Assembly (NCBI GenBank): GCA_950097015.1 | Contig: CATNEN010000039.1 | Span: 11,594,001 to 11,658,000, forward strand | DNA: 64,000 nucleotides | Direction of reading: 5' to 3' | Source: Macrostomum hystrix | Lineage: Eukaryota > Animalia > Platyhelminthes | In this document: positions 37,831 through 50,800 of the stretch, in pieces | Numbering within the stretch: the first letter of the stretch is position 1 | Layout: the number at the start of each line of letters is the position of its first letter | The notes under the pieces: model-generated | The model's database searches: none | What the model was told of the DNA's origin: nothing | Seen by the model: the letters and a program-made list of their open reading frames with translations, nothing else | Made by a program: the position numbers and the translations under genes

Positions 37831-39164
37831 TCTTTAGATCTAGAGGTCGAATTTCATACTTTTTTTGCTCCTAGAAGACGGAAAACGAGTCTTATAACCA
37901 TTTTACTAGTTATCCTTACCTTATCCGGAATACAGCGAGGTTCCCACAATGACCAGTTCGGAATATCCGACCATACTCGCTGCGGTAGACAGTAATGGCC
38001 TTGGCTTTAAATTAGATTCCTTTTTCGAGTATCGTTGCACTTCGCAGTGTAAAGCCTCCACAAGCTGCTATTGAGATAAGGCAGCTTGGACACACACAAA
38101 AAAATCTATATGTATACCATTCACTTATATTCACTGGGGACCATTGACTGACGGCCGGATCTGAACTTGCAGCACTCCTTTCTCTCTCCCCAATATTAGG
38201 CAGTGCAGTTCAGGCAGTCCACCTTTCCCCTCGTGGGCCCAAGTGCCTCATGCTTTTCCCTGCGAAACTCACCTCCGCCACACATCCTCATCCCCATTGC
38301 ATTTGCCTATTTGCCTAGTCTATAGCCGTGGGCCATTGGATCCCTTACTTAGTCTATAGCGGACAGGCTGCGAGGCCTAAATGCTGGCTTTGACTTTTTT
38401 GGGAACTGGCTTGATGAAGCCTATATTGGGGAGTGGAGTGTGAAAAGGACTAAATTTAGACTTGGTCTGAACTGACACAGGAGGCTGCGGCTGGGGCAGC
38501 TGGGCGAGTAACTGCCTGCAAAGAAGATATTCTTTCCTGTCGTTACTTAATTTATGTAGTTATGATTGGGAGTGGGATGAAAAGAACACTGTCGTCATAG
38601 CTTGTACTTTTATGCCTGTCGAATCCATAAGACAAGACTATACCCATTTCCCCTCAGTTTCAAATTTCCTTTCGATCAACTATAAGAAAAAGTTCACACA
38701 GCTATGAATTGGGTAGCATCAAGTGGGATACAACGACAACAGTAAACAACAACAACAACAACTGACTGCCTGCCCCGAATTGACTCCGCACCGCTGTCGC
38801 CTCTGTGGCCCAAGACTAGCGGCTATTTTCGACAGTTGCATCGATGTGCTGGAAGTCCTTGGGAAGGCGGGCATCCATTGATGCCCGGAGCAATGGGTCT
38901 TGACCCGCTCTCGTCCGAAGTAGAAGAAGAAGAAGAGGTCCCGGTGCTGTACAGCAGGACGGTCTTGACCGCCGCCGCCTGAAACAGCGCCGCCCTCTGG
39001 TGATCAGGTGGGACCTCGGACTAGGAAGGACCGCCCTCACAGAACGAAAGGCTGCCCACGCTGCTAATTTTCGTGGACGTCCGGCGGGATAGAAAATTAA
39101 AGTGGATGTAACCACAGACTGAATTCACAGTACACAGTACTCAGCCTATGGATTGCTAATGAAT

Positions 39165-39455
39165 GATATTTGCAGGAGGGCTGCGGGCAATTGCACAGAC
39201 CCACAGCAGCCAGCGAGGAGACAATTCTGCCCTTTTCGCTCTCTCTCTCTCACACACACACACAGATACTGTACGCAGGCACACACTCACACAGGTGTGT
39301 ACATCTGCCCTGACTTTCTCATCGTCTGGCAGTGTACACTTTCAAAGTGCCTAGGAGGTTGGCCCTCAATGGCGTAAAAAGCCCCCAAGCCTTTCCACTG
39401 CTGCGTCCCAAGTTAATATGTCCTCGCAGCGGAATCGAGCTCAGGGACCTTGCCA
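39165..39455 (-). mobile_element. SINE family 1 copy (3' fragment also at 40100-40200)
   Basis: Shared body and 3' end. Confidence 0.82.
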
Positions 39456-40507
39456 CAGCCTCCCAGCCTATGGATGCCCCTATCGATAGTTGCAGCTGTC
39501 ACTATAGCTGCACGTTTTTCTAACTGGTCAAGGTTGGATTCCTAGTTCTGTTCGATTCCATTTGAATATTAGTTTCTCAGACACAGGGCAATTAGTGTCA
39601 ACGCGGAGTCAATTTTCTTCGGCCATCCTTCTTCGTGGCCAGTAGCTTGCTTTGAAGTTGATTACTTTAATCAGCAGCTTGCCTTTTTCTCAAAGACAAA
39701 CAGAGCTGGTAAGAAAGAGATTTGGCCAAAACAAGCCGGCGCTCTCAAAAATGGACAGAGACTGACGCCGGTTCAAGACGCGCGCTGATGTCCCAAGGCG
39801 GTCGTGCTCAAACCAGACTCAGAGAGGACGTTTCTCTTCAGGCTTTTGGAGGCGGTTGGGGATTAGAGGAGTAGATTTATTTCTGGCCAATGTAGGTAAA
39901 GCGTAATCCCAGGGGAATTAGACTCGGGCCATGGCATGGCACGCGATGGAGAACGGAAATACATTATCGTTAGCTGGTTAAAAAGAAGATTGAAGCTTGT
40001 GCTTGAGTCTGTCTTCAATACAGAAGAAGATACGCAACTGTCAGAAGCGAATCGTCAAATGTGCTTCCAGTTGAAAGCAGGGAATTGTAGACTGATAAGA
40101 AATAATAATAACTGCAGGAGGGCTGCGGGCAATGGCACATCATTTGGTGTCACTTGACCCTCAGCCAGCGAGGAGGCAATTCTGACTCCTGAGCACACAC
40201 TGTTAAATACGAGCTAGGTACCAGCATCAGCTGGGGTAATTGATGGTGGGTGTGGCGTCCCCCCTGTCCATGGACTGAACAGCCCTACAACAGCTGTACT
40301 GCGCATTCAGATCTGCTCAATATCAATTATTATTATTAAGTTAAAGTAAAAAAAGTTAAATTAGATTAATAAAATTATCTTTCACATTTGTTATATTATA
40401 TTTTTATTTATTATTTACCAAACAATACAAACAGATAATGCAACTTTGTTTGAACCATATATTTACTACTAGAGTTTGTCATTCTGACAAGTAGTCATCG
40501 ACGCGCA

Positions 40508-41678
40508 TTATATCCGGTCTCCACTGGAAATGCTAGAACTCGAACTGCTATTGTCTTCGCCGAAGCGGCAGGCAAAATAATTCAGTAGGCCATAATATGT
40601 TCCGGTGGCTAGCAGGGTCGCCAGACGGCAATAACTAGTCAGGTAAAGGTAGGTGGCGGCCTTTGGTGTACACTGGCCGCACTGATAAGAGAATTGTAGC
40701 CTAGGAAAGGCTGAGCAGGTGTGTGCTAAGCTAAATAGCATTACAATTGTTGCCATGCTGCTGTGCACCACTGTATTGCCAGTCGCTAGCCATTGCGTCA
40801 GCACCACGCTTAGGCAGAACAGGCAGCCAGTGACGCCGCTAACTAGCACGGACATGCCGGCTGATGGATTTGAGCACAGCCATTCCTGATTCATACTCGT
40901 CATATTAAATCCTGTTGAATCGAGTTTTAAGGTGTCCATCATTATGAAATATATGGTCAGGATTGCGTTGCTAGTTCGAAAAAATTGAGAACTTTAGGAA
41001 TGTTACATGTAGTTTTTTACAAGGGTTTTCTCGAGACCTGGTCGATGAATAGATTATTTTCCTTCCCTCCCGTTTTTATTACCCTATTTTGTTATGGTCA
41101 ATCTTCCATTTCATCTCAATGAACAATGTACATCCCACGGGCAGGCGGGACCGTACAACAATCCTACGTCGGCTGACGTTCATGACATCACGTCACGTGA
41201 CTGAACTACTGAACGTACAGAGAGGGACCACAATGAGACTCCAATCATCAGCGCACTTTGATCTTAAAATGACAACTCTTACCAGTGGCAATGTCGGCCA
41301 CGCCCAGAGACAAATCGGCGACGGCCACAAAGCAGGCGATGATGCCAAGGAAATTATTCATCGCCTGAAAGATCCGCAAGCTGGAGATTGGAACTCCCGA
41401 CACTCGACGTGGAGGTGTCTGGATCAACTCGCCAAGATCCACGCTGAGCTCGAGTTGATTCGCATTTGAAGCGACTGCGGCATGACCGGACATCGGGACA
41501 GCCTGGACCGCTTCGATGAACTGGGCATTAGCGCTTCTGCTTCGCTGCTGCTGCTGCAAATTCTGCTCCTTGCTAGGCAATAAAAAATTACTAGCCGAAG
41601 CTTGACGGCGTCGCGACTGCGTGACACACGCTTGTCCAAGTAGAGGCTGATTGACGACTAAATCTGAGGCTGTTATCA

Positions 41679-41713
<35 letters not shown>

Positions 41714-42390
41714 GGATTTTGCTGCTGCTGCTGATGCTGCTGCTGCAGATTTTGCTGCTGCTGAGGCTGAGGCTGCGGTGGCTGCTGTGGATGCTGTAAC
41801 GTATGGTCTTGCTGCTGTCTAGGCTGCTGCTGCGGCTGCGGATTTTGCTGCTGCTGCTGCGGCTGTGGTGGCTGCTGTAGCTGCTGTAACGGATGCTCTT
41901 GCTGCTGTCTAGGCTGCTGCGGCTGTGGCTGAGGCTGCGGCTGCGTTGGCTGCTGTAGCTGCTGTAACGGATGGTCTTGCTGCTGCGGCTGCGGAATTTG
42001 CTGCTGCAGCTGCTGAGGCTGCGATGGCTGCTTTTGCTTCTGTAACGGATGCTCTTGCTGCTGCCTAGGCTGCTGCTGCTGCGGCTGCGGATTTTGCTGC
42101 TGCTGCTGCTGCTGCGGCTGTGGTGGCTGCTTTTGCTGCTGTAACGGCTGCTCTTGCTGCTGCCTAGGCTGCTGCTGCTGCGGCTGCGGATTTTGCTGCT
42201 GCTGCTGCTGCTGCGGCTGTGGTGGCTGCTTTTGCTGCTGTAACGGCTGCTCTTGCTGCTGCTTAGGCTGCTGCGGTTGCGGCTTCGGCTGCGGCTTCGA
42301 TGGCTGCTGTAGCTGCTGTAACGAATGCTCTTGCTGCTGCCTAGGCTGCTGCTGCTTCTGCTGTGGCTGTCTACTAGCTAGACGACGCAT
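40508..42390 (-). CDS. Q/P-repeat N-terminus plus multi-pass membrane protein (possibly CD20/MS4A-like)
   Basis: ORF 42390-41248 has ~230 aa of Q/P repeats, a hydrophobic helix and a gtaag donor. ORF 40942-40508 has about 3 hydrophobic helices. The splice phases do not join directly, so the model is incomplete. Confidence 0.5.
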
Positions 42391-43975
42391 TTTAAATTGG
42401 ACTAACGTGAGGATAACTGTGGTAGCCTATAAATGCTTATCCTAAAATCTTACTTGTGGTTGATTCACGCAAATTGAACACTCTCACTCAAAATAACCCA
42501 AAGCTGGAATTACTAAGGCAGGTTACGGCCATAGAGGTGTATTCGAGGTAAATAATTTTCAAATATAAAAAAAAGCAATACTAGTGCTCAAATTAAACTA
42601 AATAAACTTCAAGCGCTTTTATGTAAATTTTTTTCGAAGGCTTATTATCTATATAAAAATGAAAGTGGGAGGCTTAATTTCTGCCACTTTATGCAAATGC
42701 CGATAACACAAAATCTCAGTTCATAGTTTCAGTGGCGCACCGAATATATAGATGACGCTCGATATATATTGTACAAAATTAGGCTAGTATAGTTTTCTTC
42801 ACAAAAAATATTTTAACATTAATATACAATTGCTTCGGGTCAATGAAATTAACAACGAGTGCAATTAGCACACAGCCATCGGATTTTGCTGGTAAAAATA
42901 AACGAAGGAAGTAGAAAAAATGTTAATACGTATTAAAAAAGGTTTCTTAAATAAACAACGCGCTGACAAAATTGCAGGCAAACGGGCGAATCAAGCTGTG
43001 GCAACAAAAAAAGGCCATATGTTGAAGTGACGAGAATATAAACACACCTTGACAGTATGGCTTAAAAGGCGTATTTTGAAGAAATGATATATATTTTATA
43101 GTTCTTGTCTAAGACATCATTGGCTTACAAGGTACATTTACTATATTTACTAGCTGTCTAAAAATCTGAGAGACTTAAAACAAAGGCATCCAACGGAGAC
43201 AATTACGTAATTGACAGAACAAAATACTCTAGCAGACACAGTAAAACTGTTAATGATATTTTTGCATTAAAAGCAAGGAAGATAGGTTTGCAATTTTTTA
43301 TGTGCATTTAGTACTTAAGTTTTTGTTTAACTACTTAAAGTTCTTTTTTTCGCACAGTTCTAAAATTTTGTTTTCTCGCAACTTTTTTAACTCACACAAA
43401 GCTGCACAATTCCGGGTTTTAAACCCTGTGACCCTGCGTTTAGTTGTAAAAACATACACAGTTATTGTGTCAAATAGAGCACTGCTTAGCATGCGAAAAT
43501 ACAATAATGGAAGGTGATGTAAGTGATTTTTCTTTGCATTGACTCTAAGAAGAAGTTTTTTGTAAGGATTAGCTTATGTTGTCATCAACATTTAACTTTC
43601 TACTCTGGCCAATATTTTCCTTTTATTTTCAAGGCTCTATGAAGCTTAAATTTGTTCATGTCTAGTTAACATTTATTTAACTTGTTAATTTTTTTATCAT
43701 GTTCTCTTAAAAAACATAGCCAACTTACTCTACCTTGACTCTAGTCTGGATTTTGGCGTCCCTGGTATGCACACTGAAATAATATTCTCTATTTTTTATT
43801 TATATGCCAAGAACGACTCTTGGTGTACGAGTCTTGCTGCTGCCTAGGCTGCTGCTGCAGCTGCGGATTTGGCTCCAAAAAAGTGAAAGCCAATACTCAT
43901 CAAAGACACCAAACAAAAGAAATCAGAATAATAAATGAAATGAAGAAAGGAAGTGCTTATTCCCATGGTCCCATG

Positions 43976-44597
43976 CCAATAATTTCAATTTTATCCACAC
44001 AGATCCATGCCAATAATTTTCTGCTTATCCACATGGCAGCTTGTATGAATAGGTCTACTTTCAAGTCCCTACCTATTCTTCTCTGAGCATTAGGCTTTTG
44101 CTTCAGAGTATAGTGTATAGTGTACACTATCAATGCATAGTGTAAAAGAATAACAATGATGTATAATATGTGTGACAAGTTTGGTGCTGACTGGAATTCT
44201 GCTGGTTGACTCGTATGATTTTCTTTGATAGGGGCTAGACTTTACTTTTTAAGTCAATACAATTCAAATGAAAACACGTAACGATATCAAAATATTTAGT
44301 GAGTTGTTATTAAAATAATTAAAAAGGATGACATTAATGTTGGTTAATGAATGTGTAGGTTGAAATATAGAACACTGTCGTAACACTGGCAACTTTGTCG
44401 ATCTATTGGCTCGAGGGTTCAACAAAACATTCAAACCTGAAAGGGATTTGTTTCAAAGAACAGAACCATGTGGATAAAGTTGAAATTAATGGCACAGCAT
44501 ATTTATATAAAGAGTTTTAGACCTATTCATACAAGCTGCCATGTGGATAAGCAGAAAATTATCGGCACGGGTCCATGTGGATAAAATTGAAATTAAC
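43976..44597. repeat. ~80-bp inverted repeat pair (43976-44058 / 44518-44597)
   Basis: ttatccacatggcagcttgtatgaataggtcta versus tagacctattcatacaagctgccatgtggataa; the right arm lies in a local tandem duplication. Confidence 0.8.
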
Positions 44598-44759
44598 GGC
44601 ACGGCATATTTATATAAAGAGTTTTAGACCTATTCATCAGAATAGAAATATTCATTATATCATTCATCATTATTCTGATCAGACCTATTCATTAAGCATA
44701 GTAGTAGTCTGTCAGTAAACAAACCTGAAGTTCATATTTAAATGTTAGCTACCAATGAT

Positions 44760-46300
44760 TGCAAGGAGTGTAGGTTAAAATAGTGTGCTTTGAACAATGT
44801 GTTTCAAACAACAATTGGTTTCATCCTCCTCTAAGTATTATTGATCTCTTCAGGAGATCTCTTCAATAAATCTTAGCTACTAGGAGTAGCTGATGCGCAA
44901 TGACTCTTTAGCCAGTTATTTACATAAATGTCCCATATAAAATAGCTCAATGGAGGACCATTTATTTGAATTCATAATAGATGCTCAATGTTGACAGATG
45001 TTAACTGTGTTCTTCTCTCATATGCTGTATGTTTATTAATGAAAATCCTCATTCTGCATCAGCTGTAGAAAGTTAGCACCACCTGAATACATTTTGAATT
45101 CTAGGCATCCATCCAATTGTCTGTACTCCCAGAATGAAATAGAACTTTTAAGCTTCTTGGCACATAATTCATTCTTGTGAGCTAAATTAAGCTATGAATG
45201 AGTACGTGAAACTGGCCAGATATTTTTCCTTGGGGAATTCCTCCCACTGTGCTTGGCTCAAATGTGAGTCAGTATCAGACAATACTGCTTTAATTTCCAC
45301 GAATAGCCACAGGTTTTTACAAGGCCGGTTGCTGTAGCTTTGCTTTCATTGTCAAGTTGTTGGAGACTTCTGATTCTACTCATTGAATCCAACATGCCAT
45401 CTAAAGTCACTTAATGTCTCAGCAAGAGAAACCTTATGCTTTACAGCATGACTCATGTAGAATTTGTGAAGCAAGTTTATGTGTGTATCCTGGCATTGCA
45501 TAAATTTTCAAAGGCATGATACATAATACATAAATTGGAAGCTCCAATTTATGTGCAGCACAATGGTGTTGGATGAAATCGTCTCTTGACCATAGTTTTA
45601 GCAAACTTGTAAGTCCAACTCAACTCCCTGTCATCACAGATAGTCTTAGCAAAACAACTGTCACAATACTATCTTGAGTAAATAAATATATTAGCCTTGA
45701 AGTTTTGTAGCACTCTCACTTCTAAGGCCATCAGTCTCAGTGTCCGAATCTGAGTCCAAATTAATAGCTGTATGTGGTTGTTGGATCCATGCTTCAGTAT
45801 CAGCATCAGCTGATGGGCAAGATTCTATAGCAATATATACAACATGAGCATTGCGCCATAGTACAAATTCTGTCTCAAGGTGCCTATAGTTTCTTCATTT
45901 ATTTAAATAACAGCTTGTATTTCAGCTGACATTACTCCAGAGTTGTTGCATATGCACCACAAATTTCAATTTCTGCATTCTGCACGGTTAGATCTTTATT
46001 AGAAGCAACAACCTCTGGATTTTGCACTACCATTAACAATCCCACTCTGAGCTTGCTGAACATTGGGATGGTGCTTCTAGTTCCCTTGAATGTGCTGCAG
46101 CTGCACCAGCACCTAATCCCTGGGCAGCACTTACAATTGCTGGTAAATTTTCTTCTAATATCCAATGCATACCAGAACAATCGTTAACTTCTCTTGGTTA
46201 CACAACCAAGTTTCCATTGTATAAAGAGCAATTTATTTTGCTCTTCAGCTGCAGAAAAGGGGGCACCAGTTGATGGAGAAAAGTCTTCATTGCCTTTTTC
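44760..46300 (-). pseudogene. Heavily decayed hAT-type transposase
   Basis: Minus-strand FIQHHCAAHKLEL (hAT CxxH motif) near 45540-45578 and a downstream RW motif; many stops. Boundaries approximate. Confidence 0.55.
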
Positions 46301-46688
46301 ATCTCCATTCATGTGCAGGATTCAGTATATAGACAGGTGCAGGTCTATCTTTAAGTAAAGTATATAATGACTCAAAGAATGTACTTGTTCTGTGTACCTC
46401 TTGAAGAAATGTAATGAGTAAATATAAAGAGACAAATACAACAAAAATGTATACAAAATGGAACAATGACAAAGGCTTCCACTTTTCCACTCTATTAGTC
46501 GGTATATTGACTACAAGTTTTGCAAAAAAATATTATAAACAAAATTCTAAGAAATAAAGAAGATAATCATTTATGTAGGAGTAGGACCTAGTGTTTCTGT
46601 TTTAATAAACCAATTTTAATTTTAAGTCTGTGTGATGCTCGCTTTTTGGTTTTGAGTATAGCCTAGATACCAAGATAGCCTAGAAGAG

Positions 46689-47465
46689 GAGAGGTTGTAG
46701 CCTAGTGGTTAAGGCGTCGGACTCACGACTTGAAGGTCGGGCGTTCGATTCCCGACTCCACTGGACTTGACTTGACCTGCGGACTGGCCGCATACCCTGT
46801 TGAGGTCAAAGGGTGACACCCTTCCCTCAGAGCCGTAGCCAGAGGTACCTGATCATGCACAGGTGCACGAACGCTGTGGACTGGCCGCATACCCTGTTAA
46901 GGTCAAAGGGTGACACCTTTCCCTCCAGCCCGGGCCTAGAGGTACCCAGTTTGGCCAGAGGCCCTGGATGGGTCATCCAGCGCTGTTTCCCATTCTGTCC
47001 GGCTGCCCTAGGGTCAGCCTTGAACACTCACGGGACGTGTACCCATGGGTCAGCTGACGGGACAGCGTGGAGGGATTCCTGCACCCGAAGGCACAGGGCA
47101 TCCTCCTGCCAAGCCTGCTTAAAAAGCGACTGCAGGTGTGAGGCATCGCAGACCTTAGCCCGTGGGCCTGGACTGACTCATACCTCACAGGCGCTGTGTC
47201 CCGCCGGTGCGAGCGACTCCACTGGAACAATTTGCATCCTTTAGCAAGACACTTAACTCTGCATTGCTTCAGTTCACCCAGCTGTTAAATGGGTACCAGC
47301 ATCAGCTGGGATAATTGAAGGTGGGTGTGGCGTCCCCCCAGTCCGTGGACTGAACAGCTGTACGCAGCCTTCAGATGCGCCGCGCATTAGCTGCAGCTGT
47401 GCTGTCGGCTGCACATCTGACCCAATTGGGGCAGGTGTAATCAATTATTATTATTATTATTATTA
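46689..47465 (+). mobile_element. tRNA-headed SINE (family 2) with CORE-like central domain, interrupted by an insertion
   Basis: A box tagcctagtgg, B box gttcgattcc; ccttTagcaagacacttaac...cttcagttcacccagctgttaaatgggtac resembles the CORE domain; (tta)n tail. Fragments at 40215-40340 and 58750-58850. Confidence 0.8.
46766..47213 (-). mobile_element. 448-bp non-autonomous retroelement with 13-bp TSD and (tcaag)n tail
   Basis: TSD cgactccactgga at 46753-46765 and 47214-47226; minus-strand end ...ggtcaagtcaag. Confidence 0.8.
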
Positions 47466-47868
47466 CTACGAGTAGATACCAAATTAGCTGTTCGTCTCTA
47501 GAAATTTAAATTTAATTCTAAGTTCCAGCAGAAGTACTATCACCAATGTAAAGAAATGTATTATTAAATTAGTAAGTTTTTTATGTAATATCCAATGCTC
47601 TTGCAGCTAAATTTGACAAAAGTTTTAGCTCACATGTAAAAAAATCAAAACAAAATGTATACTCTATATATAGCAGACCTATATCTATTGGCTATATATT
47701 TATTGTTTTCATTTTTTGTAAGAAATAAATGCTCAGTACTATCTAAAAATTGTTGTTTGGTTAGGAGATGTGTTTTTTAGGGTTTTCTTCATGTTTACCA
47801 CAACAAATTTAAATTATAAATAGTGGAAAATATATGCATTAAAACATTATATATTGTTTTAGAACATA

Positions 47869-50800
47869 ATGAAGCGCCTGACATCATATCTGGTGCCATC
47901 GTTTGTGTCTAACGCCCTGACGCCTGGTAGGCGGAACGGATCAAACTCTTCTAGCCAACTTAATGACAATCACGTTACAAGTAATGCTCACGGACAGGTA
48001 AATCGGTGCTTGTTTGCTATCTACATGGTCAATTTCTATGATAATCTTAAAAAACACTATATTACTGAAATAAATAGAATCTAACATCGGCTGAAGGTCT
48101 AGCGCAGCAGCAGCAGCAGCAGTCAGCTGTCGCGTCTTTAACAGCCGCACCGAATCTTGGCAAGCCGCAGCGTCAATCATCGCCAACGGAGGCCGATTCT
48201 CAGCAGATGCCGAAGCGACGGCGAGGCCTCGGTGGCACTCCCGCGGCTGATGACGTCGTCACTGCCTGCCCCAGCGCCGGCAATCCAGCCGGCCAACTCT
48301 GGTCCTCGTCGGCGTCGTTTTCTAATTTCAACGCCAGCGTCGGTGGTGGCAAGCGTCGCTGCGTTTTAGACGACGAATTTAGCGGTTTGAGCAGTGCGGC
48401 CAAGCGGTCTAGAACTATGCTGGCCTCGCCAACGCAGCAGTATCATCATCCTCATTATTCAACCTCTTTATCCCTGTTCTATGCTGGCCGAACTGGCTAT
48501 GGCGGTGGTTACAACGCACAAGTGCCTGGTCGGTCTGTCCGGGTTACACCGATGCAGTTGGAGCCTCACTGCGAAGGCTTCTCCAACCAGCAGCAGCAGC
48601 AGCAGCAGTTGGTTACGCCGACTGCAAAGAAGATTCTGGACTCTCTGGATCGTCTGTCAACGCCGCTAGTTGACGCCAGGCGAATGCCCCAATCATCTGC
48701 GTCGGCGCAATTTTCACCGGCTGCGGGCGCCGACGCAACCGGATCGGCGGCGCCAACAGCCGCCGCATTTGTTGCTCCCTATCGCGTCGCCTACAGGCGC
48801 AGATTTCACGCAGCCGGTGCCAGTGTTGGAACTCCGCCGACCCGCGGCCAGCAGCAGCAGCCGGCTAGTGCCTCCATCGCTGCTGATAGTTTCAGAAGTC
48901 GCGACCTGAGTGTGCCACCGACTGCAGCTTCAAATCAAGTGAGAAGGCCGAAGATAATTGAAGACGAGACACCTTTGTCGGCGATGGAGTTTCAGTTCTC
49001 GGCACCGATTTATCGGGGCGGACAGTCAAACAAAATTTCAGCTAATAGCTGGCAGTGCCTTGACTGCTTTGTAACTAACGCACCTGGTGCCATCGCTTGC
49101 ATATCTTGCTCTGTTGCTAATAAGCCAACTTCTGTCGCTAAGCCATCGTCGGCTTCCACTGCCGCTGTTGCCGCATCGTCGGCTTCCACTGCCGCTGTTG
49201 CCGCATCGTCGGCTTCCACTGCCGCTGTTGCCGCATCGTCGGCTTCCACTGCCGCTGTTACCGCATCGTCGGCTTCTACAGCTTCGACCTCAGATTGGCG
49301 CTGCAACACCTGTATGTGCACTAGTCCTGCGAGCTCACAGGTGTGCATTGTCTGCCAGGAGAAACGACCAGCGCCTATAGGAATTCCGTCATCAGCTACC
49401 ACCACAAGCAGTACAAATAGTATTGGTATTAATAATAGTGTCACCGTAGCTAAGTCTGCTAATGTTGCTAATAGCTCAGAAGTTTCCTCAGCTAGCGGTG
49501 AATGGCGCTGCAACACCTGTATGTGTACTAGCCCTGCTAGCTCGCAGGTGTGCGTCGTCTGTCAGGAGAAGCGACCCGGAGCCAGCGCTTCTCTTGCACC
49601 ATCTGAAGGTATGACTAAACGGCCAAGCTTTATCGATCGCGGACCAGCAACTGCTCCGATATTTTCTATGTTCTCGCAGCAGCAGCAGCAGAACCAGGTA
49701 ACCAATGTATCGAAGTGGCAGTGCGACACTTGCCTAGTTGAGAATGTGGCGTCTGTTAGTCGTTGCGTTGCTTGCGAATCGCCAAAACCAGGCGCTGTTA
49801 TTTCTAAGCCGACCGCATCTGAAGCGGTCGTGCCCAAGGTGAGCTTTGGCGCCCCAACCAATGCCGCCATCGGTAGCGACTCTGGACCGAAGATCAGCTT
49901 TGGCGCTCCGTCTACGGGCGAAGTGGCAATTTCCGGTCAGGGCTTCAGCTTCGGCGGTCAGTCATCAGCTGCTGGTAATTCTAGCGAATCTGCCTCGAAG
50001 ATTAGCTTTGGCATTGCTCCGACTGTCAGCGACGCCGGACCAAAGATTTCTTTCGGCGCTGCATCGACTTCAACTGCCTCCGATCCTGCGACAAAGATTA
50101 TCTTTGGCGCTTCTTCTGGTGTTACTTCGGGCGCTTCGCTGCCGAGCTTCACGTTTGGCACTCCGTCTTCTGTTGCTTCCAGCAATGCTGGAACTATGAA
50201 TAGTTTTGGGGTTCCTTCTGTTGGTGGCGACGCTAGTGCAAAGACTAGTTTTGGAACTCTTGCTACTGGTAGCAATGCTGGAACAAAGACTGGCTTTGGA
50301 TTTGCTTCATCAGTTAGTAGCGATGCTGGAACAAAAGTTTCTTTTGGAATTCCATTAACTGGAAGTGATTCTGGAACAAAGACCGCATTTGGATTAATTC
50401 CATCAACTGGAAGTGATTCTGTAACAAAGAACACCTTTGGAGTAATTCCATCAACTGGAAGTGATTCTGGAACAAAGACCACCTTTGGAGTAATTCCATC
50501 AACTGGAAGTAATACTGGAACAAAGACCGCCTTTGGAATAATTCCATCAACTGGAAGTGATACTGGAACAAATACTGCCTTCGGAATTCCATCAGCTGGC
50601 ATTAGTGCTGGAACAAAGCCTGCCTTTGGAATTCCTTCTGCTAGCAGTGATGCAGGTGCTAAATTTGCCTTTGGCGCAAGTTCAACGGACTCTACGCAGA
50701 AATTTGGTCTGGGCGCTTCGGCTTTGGCTTCCTCGGCGACCCAACTAGGAGCAGAGCCAGCTGCTCAGAAAAGAAGCTTCGGCGCATTGTCCTCTGCGCC

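Noticed and set aside
37900-39115. GC-rich ORF-like region, possible retrotransposon ORF1/5' end
   Set aside because: No motif convincing enough to call.
46689-46762. tRNA-Val(CAC) gene
   Set aside because: Acceptor and anticodon stems are imperfect and the sequence continues into a SINE body, so it is a SINE head.
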